Shown: positions 1 through 9,753, counted from the stretch's first letter. The stretch is 64,000 nt of DNA from an uncultured Bacilli bacterium (GCA_934090735.1 CAKOJR010000001.1:90984-154983), one strand, 5' to 3'. Made by a program: numbers and translations. Notes: a model not told the origin generated them from the sequence alone.

Positions 1-759
1 ATTAGTGTAATTATATGACACTAATTTTGTTTTGTTTATAATATTATAAACATTGTATATGTGAAAGAATGAAATACCTATAACGATTGTGGTGTATAAC
101 ATCATGCGTAAAAAATTTTTAATTTTGAAAGCATAAGGTTCTTCCATTGTAATTAGTTTAAATAAGTAATATATTAGGACAAAAAGTGATAGCATGTAGC
201 CAATATAGAAGTTTGATATGTATATATAGGTTAGTGTAAGTATGTAAATAATTGGATTATTTTTTAAGATGTTTTGGACGCCAATTACAAGAAGTGGAAA
301 CATCATAAAACCGTCTAGCCACATTATATGAAAATAATAGGCAAGAAACCATCCCGAATAAACATAACATATTGATGCGATTATGCCTATCTTTTTATCA
401 TATTTGCTAAAATAATAGTACGCGCTTATACTTGCTACAATTAGTTTAATAATGACAACTGACAGATACATTAACTTATAATTATTAAAAAGAAGTGCTA
501 TAAAATTAAACGGGCTTGTTAAGTAATAAACGAAGTTGAACATTGATGGATTACCTAAAAAGTTCATGAATGTGTAATTATAATAATTAAAGTTTTTTAA
601 TCTGGTTATATAGTCATATAAAAATGGTTCATACTGAGTAGCGGCATCACTAATTGCTAGATCATTATTACCAAAAGGGTAAATTCCATTTATAAGCATA
701 GTAATTATAAATATACCTAGAACGGATAGTATTAATATAAATAAATCTTTCTTTTTCAT
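1..759 (-). CDS. YfhO-like polytopic membrane protein (N-terminal part; gene runs off the left edge)
   Basis: Reverse-strand ATG at 757-759, frame open to position 1 (MKKKDLFILILSVLGIFIITMLINGIYPFGNNDLAISDAATQYEPF...HIMWLDGFMMFPLLVIGV...). Absent from the ORF track because it is truncated. Many hydrophobic segments; the pattern resembles the YfhO family. Confidence 0.5.
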   Translation of the reverse strand, partial: MKKKDLFILILSVLGIFIITMLINGIYPFGNNDLAISDAATQYEPFLYDYITRLKNFNYYNYTFMNFLGNPSMFNFVYYLTSPFNFIALLFNNYKLMYLSVVIIKLIVASISAYYYFSKYDKKIGIIASICYVYSGWFLAYYFHIMWLDGFMMFPLLVIGVQNILKNNPIIYILTLTYIYISNFYIGYMLSLFVLIYYLFKLITMEEPYAFKIKNFLRMMLYTTIVIGISFFHIYNVYNIINKTKLVSYNYTN

Positions 760-829
760 AATGATATTTTAACACATAAATTTGGTAAATTCATTACTTT
801 ATGATACAATTATTTTGGAAGAGGCTTTT

Positions 830-1429
830 ATGAAAGAGAAGAAAGTAACAGAAGAACAGTTAGATAGATATTTATTTTTATATAAAAGTTTTCTTTATAA
901 AAATACTAAGTTTAAAATAATTGATGGTGATGAAGAGTGGGAAACTATTACTAGGGGATTGAATATAAAAAATAGGAAAGAACGTATAAAGTATGTTTTT
1001 GATAAATGTTGTGAAGAGTTAGATAAAGATTTTCCAATAAATGCGTGTGAATTTATAGGTGGTAGGTGCATTGTTCAAAGGCAGAATAATAGTAATAAAA
1101 AATGTGGTTGTTGTAGGTACTGTGAGTATGTAACTTTAAATGGTTGCCCATCAAAAAATGTTGCGTGTAAACTTTTTAATTGTAGTGATGTTACTAAAAA
1201 ATATAAACTTAAAACTAAAAAAGATTTAAAAATTTTAAAACTGTTAAGTTTAAAAAATAGAGAAGTTATAACGCACAATTATTTTACGATAGAAGAAGAG
1301 TCTTTAAGAGATCTTTATACGCTAACGTATACGTATGCATTTATAAGAATGGTTTATAGACAAGTTAGAAGATTATTTAGAAAGGATAAGTATTTGTACT
1401 TAAATAAAGAAAATGAAAACAGTAAATAA
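830..1429 (+). CDS. Cysteine-rich hypothetical protein (possible metal/Fe-S binding)
   Basis: ORF 782-1429. The likely start is ATG 830, preceded by GGAAGAGG. Cys cluster CCEEL...ACEFIGGRC...KKCGCCRYCEYVTLNGCPSKNVACKLFNCS. Confidence 0.6.
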   Translation: MKEKKVTEEQLDRYLFLYKSFLYKNTKFKIIDGDEEWETITRGLNIKNRKERIKYVFDKCCEELDKDFPINACEFIGGRCIVQRQNNSNKKCGCCRYCEYVTLNGCPSKNVACKLFNCSDVTKKYKLKTKKDLKILKLLSLKNREVITHNYFTIEEESLRDLYTLTYTYAFIRMVYRQVRRLFRKDKYLYLNKENENSK

Positions 1430-2264
1430 TTTTAAGGATTATGAAATAATTAGTATGAGTAACGGATATAAGTATGAGAAGTGGGGGAAGTATTATCTTA
1501 AAAGACCTGATCCAGAAATAATTTGGCCTGGTAATGAAAATGTTAAAGTTGATGCTGAGTATACAAGAAGTAATACTGGTGGTGGCTCATGGAATGTACT
1601 ATCTAGCATGAAAGATAGCTGGCAAATAAGATATGAGGATATGGTTTTTAATTTAAAACTAATGGGATTTAAGCATACTGGTTTATTTCCGGAGCAGGCT
1701 TATAATTGGAATATTATTAGAGAGACAATTAGAAATTCAGGAAGTAAGGTGAAAGTGCTTAATTTGTTTGCTTATACGGGAGCAGCTAGTATTGCAGCTT
1801 TGAAAGAACATGCTGAAGTTGTACATGTTGATGCTTCAAAAGGAATGATTGATTGGGCAAAAGAGAATGTTATTGCAAATAATTTACAGAATGAAAATAT
1901 TAAATTTTATGTTGATGATGTAAAAAAGTTAGTTAAAAGAGAGATGCGAAGAGGCAATAAATATGATATTATAATTATGGATCCTCCATCATTTGGTAGA
2001 GGAGCTAAAAATGAAGTTTGGCAAGTTGAAAAAGATTTATATAATTTAATTAAAGATGCTAGTACACTTTTATCTGATGATGCATTATTGTTTATAGTAA
2101 ATACATATACAACAGGTTTGTCAATGACCGTAATTGAAAATATTTTAAAGCTTACCATTAATAAGAAAGGTAGTTTTGTTAGTACTGAATTAGGAATAGA
2201 AGCAAATAATGGTTTAAAGCTTCCGTGCGGAATAACGGTAAGGTGGGAGAAAAATGGAAGATAA
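1413..2264 (+). CDS. Class I SAM-dependent methyltransferase (RlmI/PF10672-like)
   Basis: LNLFAYTGAASIAAL (motif I-like), VHVDASK, IIIMDPPSFGRG (motif IV-like DPPxF). Confidence 0.75.
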   Translation: MKTVNNFKDYEIISMSNGYKYEKWGKYYLKRPDPEIIWPGNENVKVDAEYTRSNTGGGSWNVLSSMKDSWQIRYEDMVFNLKLMGFKHTGLFPEQAYNWNIIRETIRNSGSKVKVLNLFAYTGAASIAALKEHAEVVHVDASKGMIDWAKENVIANNLQNENIKFYVDDVKKLVKREMRRGNKYDIIIMDPPSFGRGAKNEVWQVEKDLYNLIKDASTLLSDDALLFIVNTYTTGLSMTVIENILKLTINKKGSFVSTELGIEANNGLKLPCGITVRWEKNGR

Positions 2265-2835
2265 ATATATAAGTAAGAGATATACAGGGGATATACCTAA
2301 AATTAAAATTTATATGAATCATAATGGTGTTTTTAAAGAATGTTTACCACTTCTTTTGAGAATGAGAAGTCTAGATAAGAATTCTTTATTTTATAAATTA
2401 AGTGATTTACCACAATCTATGCAAGAAGAATATGAGGATATGGCAATATCTCCAAAAGAATTATTAGATAGAAGAGTTAAAATAGAAAAGGGCAATCAGT
2501 ATGTTTTGGATAACGATGGAACTAAGGTAAGAGTGTCTAAAAAAACATATTTACTGCCTATAGTTGGTAATTTTTTGCCAAGTGATGGAGTAAGTGCATA
2601 TACTGTTAGGAAAGTTGGAGATCAACTAGAGTTAGTGCCAATAATAGTTTGCGTTAATTGTCACTGGTCAGAACTTTTTACTGGTCAGACTAAATATAAA
2701 AATAATGTATTTTGTTTAGTATCTGATTTGAATCCAGAAATTATTGACAATTTTGTTGATAAAATAATTACATTAGAACAAGCACCAGAATATTTAGCAA
2801 ATGCTGAAGAATATAAATATGGTATCATAAAATAA
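2254..2835 (+). CDS. Hypothetical protein
   Basis: 193-aa ORF overlapping the upstream stop by a few nt (operonic). No motif recognised. Confidence 0.55.
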   Translation: MEDKYISKRYTGDIPKIKIYMNHNGVFKECLPLLLRMRSLDKNSLFYKLSDLPQSMQEEYEDMAISPKELLDRRVKIEKGNQYVLDNDGTKVRVSKKTYLLPIVGNFLPSDGVSAYTVRKVGDQLELVPIIVCVNCHWSELFTGQTKYKNNVFCLVSDLNPEIIDNFVDKIITLEQAPEYLANAEEYKYGIIK

Positions 2836-2867
2836 GTTTTGTCTCATAAATTTTATTGGAGGCATAA

Positions 2868-3128
2868 ATGGAAATTTTAAAAGTATCGAGTAAAAGTAAT
2901 CCTAGCAAAGTTGCGGGAGCAATTGCAAATGTATTTAGAGAGCAAGGAGTAGCAGAGATTCAAACAATAGGTGCTGGTAGTTTAAATCAAGCAATTAAGG
3001 CAGTAGCTATTGCAAGAGGTTTTGTAGCACCTAGTGGTAAGAATCTTGTTATTATTCCAGCATTTTCTGATATAACAATTGATGGAGCTGAAAAAACTGC
3101 TATTAAACTGATTATAGAAGCCAAATAG
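2868..3128 (+). CDS. spoVS: Stage V sporulation protein S
   Basis: 86 aa, MEILKVSSKSNPSKVAGAIANVFREQG...IQTIGAGSLNQAIKAVAIARGF, a characteristic SpoVS sequence. GGAGG RBS upstream. Confidence 0.9.
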   Translation: MEILKVSSKSNPSKVAGAIANVFREQGVAEIQTIGAGSLNQAIKAVAIARGFVAPSGKNLVIIPAFSDITIDGAEKTAIKLIIEAK

Positions 3129-3185
3129 GTTTCTTTTTTGATGCAAAAATTTTAAGAATTTGATATAATATCTCTGGCGATTTAT

Positions 3186-4472
3186 ATGGAGTTAACAAAA
3201 GAATATATTAAAAAAGTATCTAAGCTTAAAAATGAGTCAGAGTGGATGCTTGAATTTAGACTTAAATCTTTTGATAAGTTTAAAGAATTAGATAATCCTG
3301 ATTTTGGGCCAGAAATAGAGTTAGATTTTGATAAAATAAATTATTATAAAAAAATAGGTGATTTAACTAATAACTGGGATAATGTTGATAAGAATGTTAA
3401 ACAGACTTTTAAAACTTTAGGAGTAATAGATGCTGAAAATAAGTATTTATGCGGAGTATCTAATCAGATTGAAAGTGAAGTTATTTATCATAATATGAAA
3501 GATGAAAATGGAGTAATCTTTTTAAGTACAGATGAGGCTTTAAAGGAGTATCCTGAGTTATTTAAAGAATATTTTAATAATTTAGTTAAGTATGATGAAA
3601 ATAAATATACTGCTTTAAATGGAGCTATTTGGAGTGGCGGTTCATTTATATATGTACCTAAAGGGGTTAAGTTAGATAGACCATTACAGAGTTATTTTAG
3701 AATAGATACTGTAACTATGGGACAGTTTGAAAGAACTATTATTATTGTTGATGAAGGAGCTGAGCTTTCTTATATTGAGGGGTGCACTGCTGCATCTTAT
3801 TCAGAGAATTCTTTACATGCGGGAGTAGTTGAAATATATGTTAAAAAGAACGCTAAGTGTAAGTATAGTACAATTCAAAACTGGAGTACTGATGTTTATA
3901 ATTTAGTTACTAAAAGATGTATTGTAGATGAAGGCGGATTTATGCAGTGGATTGATGGAAATATAGGAAGTAAGGTTACTATGAAGTATCCATCTTGTAT
4001 ATTAAGGGGAGATTATTCTAGTGCTTCATCAATAAGTATTGCTTATGCTAAAGAAAATCAAAAGTTAGATGCCGGAGCTAAGATGATTCATTTAGGTAAA
4101 AATACTAAAAGTACTATTATATCTAAAAGTATTGCTTCAAATGGTGGAGAGAGTAATTATAGAGGTCTTGTTAAGATAAGCGGTAATGCTAGTAATTCTG
4201 AAAGTTTTGTTAAATGTGATACGATAATATTAGATGATGATAGTAAAAGTGATACTTTTCCTAAAAATATTGTATTAAATGATACAAGCACTATTGAGCA
4301 TGAAGCGACGGTTTCAAAGGTAAGTGCAGAAAAATTATTTTATTTAATGAGTAAAGGTTTATCAGAAAATGAAGCTAAAGAATTAATAATTATGGGGTTT
4401 GTTTCTGATTTTAAAAAGGAATTACCTGTTGAATATGCTATTGAACTTAATAGATTGTTAAAAACTGTTTAG
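3186..4472 (+). CDS. sufB: Fe-S cluster assembly protein SufB
   Basis: 428 aa with IEGCTAAS, NYRGLVKI and IEHEATVSKVSAEKLFYLMSKGLSENEAKELII, typical of the SufB/SufD beta-helix family. Confidence 0.85.
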   Translation: MELTKEYIKKVSKLKNESEWMLEFRLKSFDKFKELDNPDFGPEIELDFDKINYYKKIGDLTNNWDNVDKNVKQTFKTLGVIDAENKYLCGVSNQIESEVIYHNMKDENGVIFLSTDEALKEYPELFKEYFNNLVKYDENKYTALNGAIWSGGSFIYVPKGVKLDRPLQSYFRIDTVTMGQFERTIIIVDEGAELSYIEGCTAASYSENSLHAGVVEIYVKKNAKCKYSTIQNWSTDVYNLVTKRCIVDEGGFMQWIDGNIGSKVTMKYPSCILRGDYSSASSISIAYAKENQKLDAGAKMIHLGKNTKSTIISKSIASNGGESNYRGLVKISGNASNSESFVKCDTIILDDDSKSDTFPKNIVLNDTSTIEHEATVSKVSAEKLFYLMSKGLSENEAKELIIMGFVSDFKKELPVEYAIELNRLLKTV

Positions 4473-4489
4473 AAAGATATATGAAATAA

Positions 4490-4521
4490 AAAATCTGTTA
4501 ATAATTATGAGCAGATTTTTT
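4490..4521 (+). terminator. Rho-independent terminator after sufB
   Basis: AAAATCTG / CAGATTTT stem followed by a T-run. Confidence 0.55.
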
Positions 4522-4625
4522 ATTTTGAGTAATTTAATTTTAAAAATTGGTATGCAGATATTAGAAATCCCTTCTTTGCACTAGTATAAGTGGGTGTGGT
4601 ATAAACGTGCTGAAAGGAGGATATT

Positions 4626-4976
4626 ATGCACAATTTAGTAATGTTAATTGGCCGTTTAGCTAATGAACCAGAGTTAGTTAAAACAGAGTCTGGTAAAAAG
4701 GTTTTAACAATTCGTTTAGCTGTACAAAGAACATTTAAAAATCCAGATGGAATATATGAAGCGGATTTTATCAGATGTAAATTATGGGATGGTATTGCAG
4801 AAAGAACTTGCGAGTATTGTCATAAGGGAGATTTAATTGCAGTTCGTGGTCAGTTAAGAACAGAATCATATGAAGATGATAAAAAAGAGAAAAAGTACAT
4901 CACTGAAGTTATTGTTGATAGGTTAAATTTTTTAGTAACAAATAAAGAAAAAGAAGTTAATATCGAATCTGAATAA
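4626..4976 (+). CDS. ssb: Single-stranded DNA-binding protein, short form lacking the acidic C-terminal tip
   Basis: OB-fold SSB signature: MLIGRLANEPELVKTESGKKVLTIRLAVQR...FIRCKLWDGIAE...GDLIAVRGQLRTESYEDD. It ends ...NIESE, with no DDDxPF tail. Not flanked by rpsF/rpsR. Confidence 0.85.
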   Translation: MHNLVMLIGRLANEPELVKTESGKKVLTIRLAVQRTFKNPDGIYEADFIRCKLWDGIAERTCEYCHKGDLIAVRGQLRTESYEDDKKEKKYITEVIVDRLNFLVTNKEKEVNIESE

Positions 4977-4998
4977 TCATATACTTTATTGGTGACAT

Positions 4999-5769
4999 AT
5001 GAAAAAAACAAAGTATATTTTATTATTAACGTTATCAGCTTTTTCATTCTTTATAACTGATAAAGTGCTCATTTTTATTGATGAACAAAAACCACTTATG
5101 AAAGAAATAAAATTAAATGCATCTAAATATGAAACTCTTCCAGTTAATTCTGTTATTGAAAATAATACAATTATTCCTGGGCTTAATGGAAAAGAAGTTG
5201 ATTATAAAAAGTCTTTAGTTAAGATGGAAGATTTTAATGTCTTTAATGAAAGCTTTTTGCAGTTTAATGTTGTGAGTCCAGAAGTATCACTAAAAAACAA
5301 TAAAGATAAAATAATCATTAAAGGTAATTCTAAGAAAAGAAGTGTTTCTCTTGTTCTAGAGGAAGATAAAGAGAAAGAGGAATATTTAGATGATAATAGT
5401 ATTGAATATGATTTGGTATCTAAACTAGAAACTGATTTTACGAAGAAAAGAGAATATTTAAATAGTTATAAAGATAAAGAAAATTATGATGCGTTAGAAA
5501 CTATTTTAAAGAAGCATAAGAAAAATTCTCATATATGTACGACTTTGCATAATGATTATGATTATTGCCTTAAAAAGGAACATTATATTGTTTTATTAAC
5601 TAATGATAATTTAATGATAAATGAAAAAATTAATAAAATATCAAGTGGAGATATTATTTATATTCCTAAAAATATGAAGTTAGTAAATCTTAAATTAATT
5701 ATTTCTGAAATAGAAAGACAAGATTTAAAAATAGTTTATCTAAGCACTTTGATAAGTGAAAAGATTTGA
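4999..5769 (+). CDS. Membrane-anchored hypothetical protein
   Basis: N-terminal TM/signal anchor (KYILLLTLSAFSFFITDKVLIF). The remainder is hydrophilic with no clear motif. Confidence 0.55.
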   Translation: MKKTKYILLLTLSAFSFFITDKVLIFIDEQKPLMKEIKLNASKYETLPVNSVIENNTIIPGLNGKEVDYKKSLVKMEDFNVFNESFLQFNVVSPEVSLKNNKDKIIIKGNSKKRSVSLVLEEDKEKEEYLDDNSIEYDLVSKLETDFTKKREYLNSYKDKENYDALETILKKHKKNSHICTTLHNDYDYCLKKEHYIVLLTNDNLMINEKINKISSGDIIYIPKNMKLVNLKLIISEIERQDLKIVYLSTLISEKI

Positions 5770-5847
5770 TAAAATTGTAAAACTCTGCTATAATAAATAA
5801 GCAATTAGAAAACTTGTAATTTTTTATAGAAAGAGTGAACATTTATT

Positions 5848-7485
5848 ATGAGTAAAATAAAAATTTTTGGTATGGGTGGACTTAATGAAAATGGTAAAAA
5901 CACTTATATTGTTGAAGTAGATGACAAAATATTTGTCTTTGATGCAGGATTAAAGTATGCAAATGATACTATGTATGGAATTGATTATATTATTCCAGAT
6001 TATGATTATTTAGAGAAAAATAAGGAACGTATAGTAGGAGTTTTTATAACGCACGCTCATCCAGAAAGTTATGGTGGAGTAAGAGATTTAATTAAAGATA
6101 TTAAGGATATAAAGATATATGCGACTAAGTATGCTATAAATCAAATGAAACTTGATGGAATTAATGAAAAGAACTTAAATCTTATTACTGCACATAAAAA
6201 AATTGTTATAGATAAAGAAACTAGTGTTTTTGCTATTAATGTAAATCACTCCGTACCTGATTCTGTAATGTATGTTTTAAATACAAAAGATGGAGCAGTG
6301 GTTTATACTGGTGACTTTATTATTGATCCGTCTATGATGGGTTCATATTATATGGATTTAGGAAAAATAGCTTATGTTGGAAAACAGGGAGTTTTAGCAC
6401 TATTATGTGAATCATCTTTTTCAGAAAATAAGGGTCATACAAGTCCAAGTCATCACATGAGTTCATTTTTCAAGAATATTATAAATAAAGCACAAGGAAG
6501 AGTAATCTTCAGCGTACTACATATTCATTTATATACAATTGAAGGTATATTTACAGCAGCTAAGAATTCTCATAGGAAAATAGTAATTATGGGTAAGAAA
6601 CTACAGAATATTATAAATATGGCGATTAAAGAAAAGTATATGAATGTTGATGAGAACTTGATTGGTGATTTATCAAACGTTGATGATAGTAATGCTATTT
6701 TACTTGTTTGTGATGATCGCGCTCATCCATATAGTTCTATTGAAAAAATAGTTAATGGCAATGACAAATTTATTCATTTAAAAGAAAGTGATACTTTCTG
6801 TTTTGCTGAACCAAAATATGATGAAAATGAAAAGATAATTGTGAAGCTAGAAAATGAATTAGCGTATAAGGGAATTGATACTATAAGCATACCTAAGGAT
6901 AAGGGAATATCACTTCATGCTTCATCAGAGGATTTAATGCTTATGATTAATTTACTTAAACCAAAATATTTTATGCCAGTAAAAGGTGAATATCGTTATA
7001 TGGTTGGTGCAGCTAATTTAGCTAGTGATTTAGGATATAAGAAAGAAAATATCTTACTTAAACAAAATGGAGATATTGTGACAATCAATAATAAAAAACT
7101 TGAAGATAACTTTGAACACATGTTTATTGATGATGTATTAATTGACGGAACTAGTTCGGATGATGTTGGAGATTTAGTAATTAAGGATAGAGAAATGTTA
7201 TCTGAAAATGGCATTGTTTTAGTTAGTGCAACATTATCTAAGAAGGATAAAACTATTTTAGTTGGTCCTGAAGTAACTACAAGAGGCTTTATATATGTTA
7301 AAGATTCTAAAGAGATGATTGATGAAATTAAGAGAATATCTTTAGAGGTTATAACTGCTAATATTAATAATGGTTATGTTGATTATAATAATATTAAAAC
7401 AGAAGTAAGAGATAAATTAAGTAAATACTTTTATGTTGAAACTGAATGTAAACCAATGATTATTGCTGTAATTCAAGAAGTTTAA
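5848..7485 (+). CDS. rnj: Ribonuclease J (metallo-beta-lactamase / beta-CASP)
   Basis: 545 aa. IFGMGGLNENGKNTYIVEVDDKIFVFDAGLKY, ITHAHPESYGG (HxHxDH-like region), C-terminal domain typical of RNase J. Confidence 0.85.
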   Translation: MSKIKIFGMGGLNENGKNTYIVEVDDKIFVFDAGLKYANDTMYGIDYIIPDYDYLEKNKERIVGVFITHAHPESYGGVRDLIKDIKDIKIYATKYAINQMKLDGINEKNLNLITAHKKIVIDKETSVFAINVNHSVPDSVMYVLNTKDGAVVYTGDFIIDPSMMGSYYMDLGKIAYVGKQGVLALLCESSFSENKGHTSPSHHMSSFFKNIINKAQGRVIFSVLHIHLYTIEGIFTAAKNSHRKIVIMGKKLQNIINMAIKEKYMNVDENLIGDLSNVDDSNAILLVCDDRAHPYSSIEKIVNGNDKFIHLKESDTFCFAEPKYDENEKIIVKLENELAYKGIDTISIPKDKGISLHASSEDLMLMINLLKPKYFMPVKGEYRYMVGAANLASDLGYKKENILLKQNGDIVTINNKKLEDNFEHMFIDDVLIDGTSSDDVGDLVIKDREMLSENGIVLVSATLSKKDKTILVGPEVTTRGFIYVKDSKEMIDEIKRISLEVITANINNGYVDYNNIKTEVRDKLSKYFYVETECKPMIIAVIQEV

Positions 7486-7510
7486 GGAGTGAATAAATCA
7501 CTCTTTTTTT
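7486..7510 (+). terminator. Rho-independent terminator after rnj
   Basis: GAGTGA-ATAAA-TCACTC hairpin followed by T7. Confidence 0.65.
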
Positions 7511-7568
7511 CTTGACTAAAACTTATACATATTATAGAATATTAATAGAAAATAGAGGTGCATATAGT

Positions 7569-9725
7569 ATGCAGAACGGTATGCAAAGATATCGAAAAAG
7601 ATTGTTAACTTTAAGTATTATGCTAGTAGCTGTAGTACTTCTTTCAGGTGTAAGTTATGCTATATTTACTAATTATGTTAGTCAAACTGATACTAATACT
7701 TTAGCTGCATCATGTATAGATTTTGATTTTAATGGGCAAAATGAGTTAAATATAACCAATACTTATCCGATGAAAGATGGGGAAGCATTAGAACAGACTC
7801 CATATACTTTTACTATTAAAAATAAATGTGATAATTATATTGAGTATTATGTAATTGCTTCGGTAATTAAAACTACTAAATCTTTAAGGACTCAATATGT
7901 AAAAGTTTCTTTATTAGGAGATAGCGATTTAACTTCATCACCTATTAATGATTTAGAAACAATATCAACACCTCAAAGCCTTTCAAGTTATGATATAACT
8001 AATAATTACATACTAAGAAAAGGTGATGGTATAGTAAAAGATGAATCAAGAACCTTTGAATTTAGAATGTGGGTTAATGGAGATATGCCCGATGTTTGGG
8101 GACCCGCAAGTTCATTAGTAGAAAATAAAAATTTTCAAGTTAAAATATCAGTGGTAGGTACTGTTAAAACAAGACCTAAAGATGATTTGTTTGTAGCAAC
8201 AACTATAAATGGAGAGGCTAGTAGTACTTTCCCAACTTCTAAAGCATATTCAGCTTCCGTATCATGCACGCAAGATGATAAGACAGTTGATATTGGTGCT
8301 GAAATGAAATGGACAGGTTCTAAATGGGCTTTAAGTGTTTCTAATTTAACTAGTGGTAATACAAAGTGTACGGTTGCATTTGATTCTCCAACATTAGCTG
8401 ATGCTATATTAATGAATAATGAGGTGAAAACTCCACTTACAACTCCTGGGAAGGAAGCAAGTGCACATGTTTTAGACGACACTATAAGTAAATCGGATGT
8501 TGTAACAACGACGTATCAAGCTTATTATATAACGTACGGAACTGGATGGGCGGCTAATGGCACAAACTTTAATCTAACTGGTACAGCAGTAACAAGTGAT
8601 ACGTATGCAAATTCATATTCTAGTTTGGTTGGGAAGTATTTGCCATCAAAAGTTTTGTCTATTGCTGGTTCAAGTACGGCTGGCACAAAGAAAACAACAA
8701 CTAATTTAAGTCAAATTTTTTACATAATAGATGCCACACAAAGTAAGCTTACGTATAAAATATTAAGTTCGAATAGAAACACGACTGAAGCACTTCTTGC
8801 TAGTACCGATGATGATTATGGAACTTCTTATTATTTTAGAGGAGCAGTAAAAAATAATTATGTACAGTTTGCAAACAAATGTTGGAGAATTGTCAGAATA
8901 ATAGGCGATGGGTCAGTAAAACTTGTACTTCATAATGATAATACCTCTGGTGTAAGTAATCCTTGTGCTTCATCGAATAATAATTCTTCAAATGCATATG
9001 CAAATCTTACTTCAAGTTCAATTTCCAGTAAATTTAATTTAAGCGGTACTGATAATGCTTACGTAGGATTTATGTACGGAACGGCTGGATCCAGTGATTA
9101 TGCTAGTACCCATGCTAATGTAAATAAAAGTACGATATTAATGAATTTAGAAACATGGTATGAAAATAATTTAGCATCATCTGAGGGCAAACTTGCTGAT
9201 GTAATATGGTGTGGCGATAAAAGTACGTTTACTACATATGCAAGTGGATCTACTTATGGTACGGGGTTAGGATATGGAACGAAAAAAACTGGATATGGTG
9301 CATATAATAGAATTTATGCTGGCGGTTCTAAAGTTTATGCTAATCCAACTCTAATATGTCCTAATGATAATAATGGGGGAAAATTATCTAAGTATACTGT
9401 AAGTGATACAACTAATGGAAACGGAAACTTAACTTATAAAATTGGATTGTTAACTGCTGATGAAATAGTATTTTCTGGGGCTATTGGTGTATCCGGATAT
9501 AATACGTCAACTTATTTACAGGAAAATAGCAGGGTTACTTGGTGGACTATGTCACCAAATAGTGAAAATGGTTCTAGTGCTGTGGTTTATGGTACGTATG
9601 ATGGTGGTTTGAATGGTGGTAGCGTCACCACTAGTAGTGGCTTGCGTCCTGCAATTGCTTTAACGTCTACTACTAGAATTTCTAAGGGAACAGGTACTTC
9701 AGAAGACCCTTATGTTATTAAGTAA
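7569..9725 (+). CDS. Large secreted protein, paralog A. TasA/camelysin-type N-terminal signal and beta-sandwich, with a DUF6273-like C-terminal domain.
   Basis: ORF 7512-9725. The likely start is ATG 7569 (MQNGMQRYRKRLL) after AGAGG. TM followed by GVSYAIFT. C-terminal WRIVRI..., GLLTADEIVFSG, TWWTMSP, GLRPAIALTS, GTGTSEDPYVIK. Confidence 0.7.
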   Translation: MQNGMQRYRKRLLTLSIMLVAVVLLSGVSYAIFTNYVSQTDTNTLAASCIDFDFNGQNELNITNTYPMKDGEALEQTPYTFTIKNKCDNYIEYYVIASVIKTTKSLRTQYVKVSLLGDSDLTSSPINDLETISTPQSLSSYDITNNYILRKGDGIVKDESRTFEFRMWVNGDMPDVWGPASSLVENKNFQVKISVVGTVKTRPKDDLFVATTINGEASSTFPTSKAYSASVSCTQDDKTVDIGAEMKWTGSKWALSVSNLTSGNTKCTVAFDSPTLADAILMNNEVKTPLTTPGKEASAHVLDDTISKSDVVTTTYQAYYITYGTGWAANGTNFNLTGTAVTSDTYANSYSSLVGKYLPSKVLSIAGSSTAGTKKTTTNLSQIFYIIDATQSKLTYKILSSNRNTTEALLASTDDDYGTSYYFRGAVKNNYVQFANKCWRIVRIIGDGSVKLVLHNDNTSGVSNPCASSNNNSSNAYANLTSSSISSKFNLSGTDNAYVGFMYGTAGSSDYASTHANVNKSTILMNLETWYENNLASSEGKLADVIWCGDKSTFTTYASGSTYGTGLGYGTKKTGYGAYNRIYAGGSKVYANPTLICPNDNNGGKLSKYTVSDTTNGNGNLTYKIGLLTADEIVFSGAIGVSGYNTSTYLQENSRVTWWTMSPNSENGSSAVVYGTYDGGLNGGSVTTSSGLRPAIALTSTTRISKGTGTSEDPYVIK

Positions 9726-9727
9726 AT

Positions 9728-9753
9728 TGATGTGATTAATTTCACATCTTTTT
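9728..9753 (+). terminator. Rho-independent terminator
   Basis: GATGTGA-TTAATT-TCACATC hairpin followed by T6. Confidence 0.7.

Noticed and set aside
8135-8482. 115-aa antisense ORF inside exoprotein paralog A. Similar short antisense or alternate-frame ORFs in the track lie inside stronger genes at 1075-1278, 1907-2158, 6996-7214, 22007-22195, 23675-23872, 25541-25747, 27889-28143, 38906-39097, 39290-39580, 44651-44857, 48381-48680 and 50158-50412.
   Set aside because: All are nested inside longer ORFs with recognisable motifs or better context. None has its own RBS or motif.
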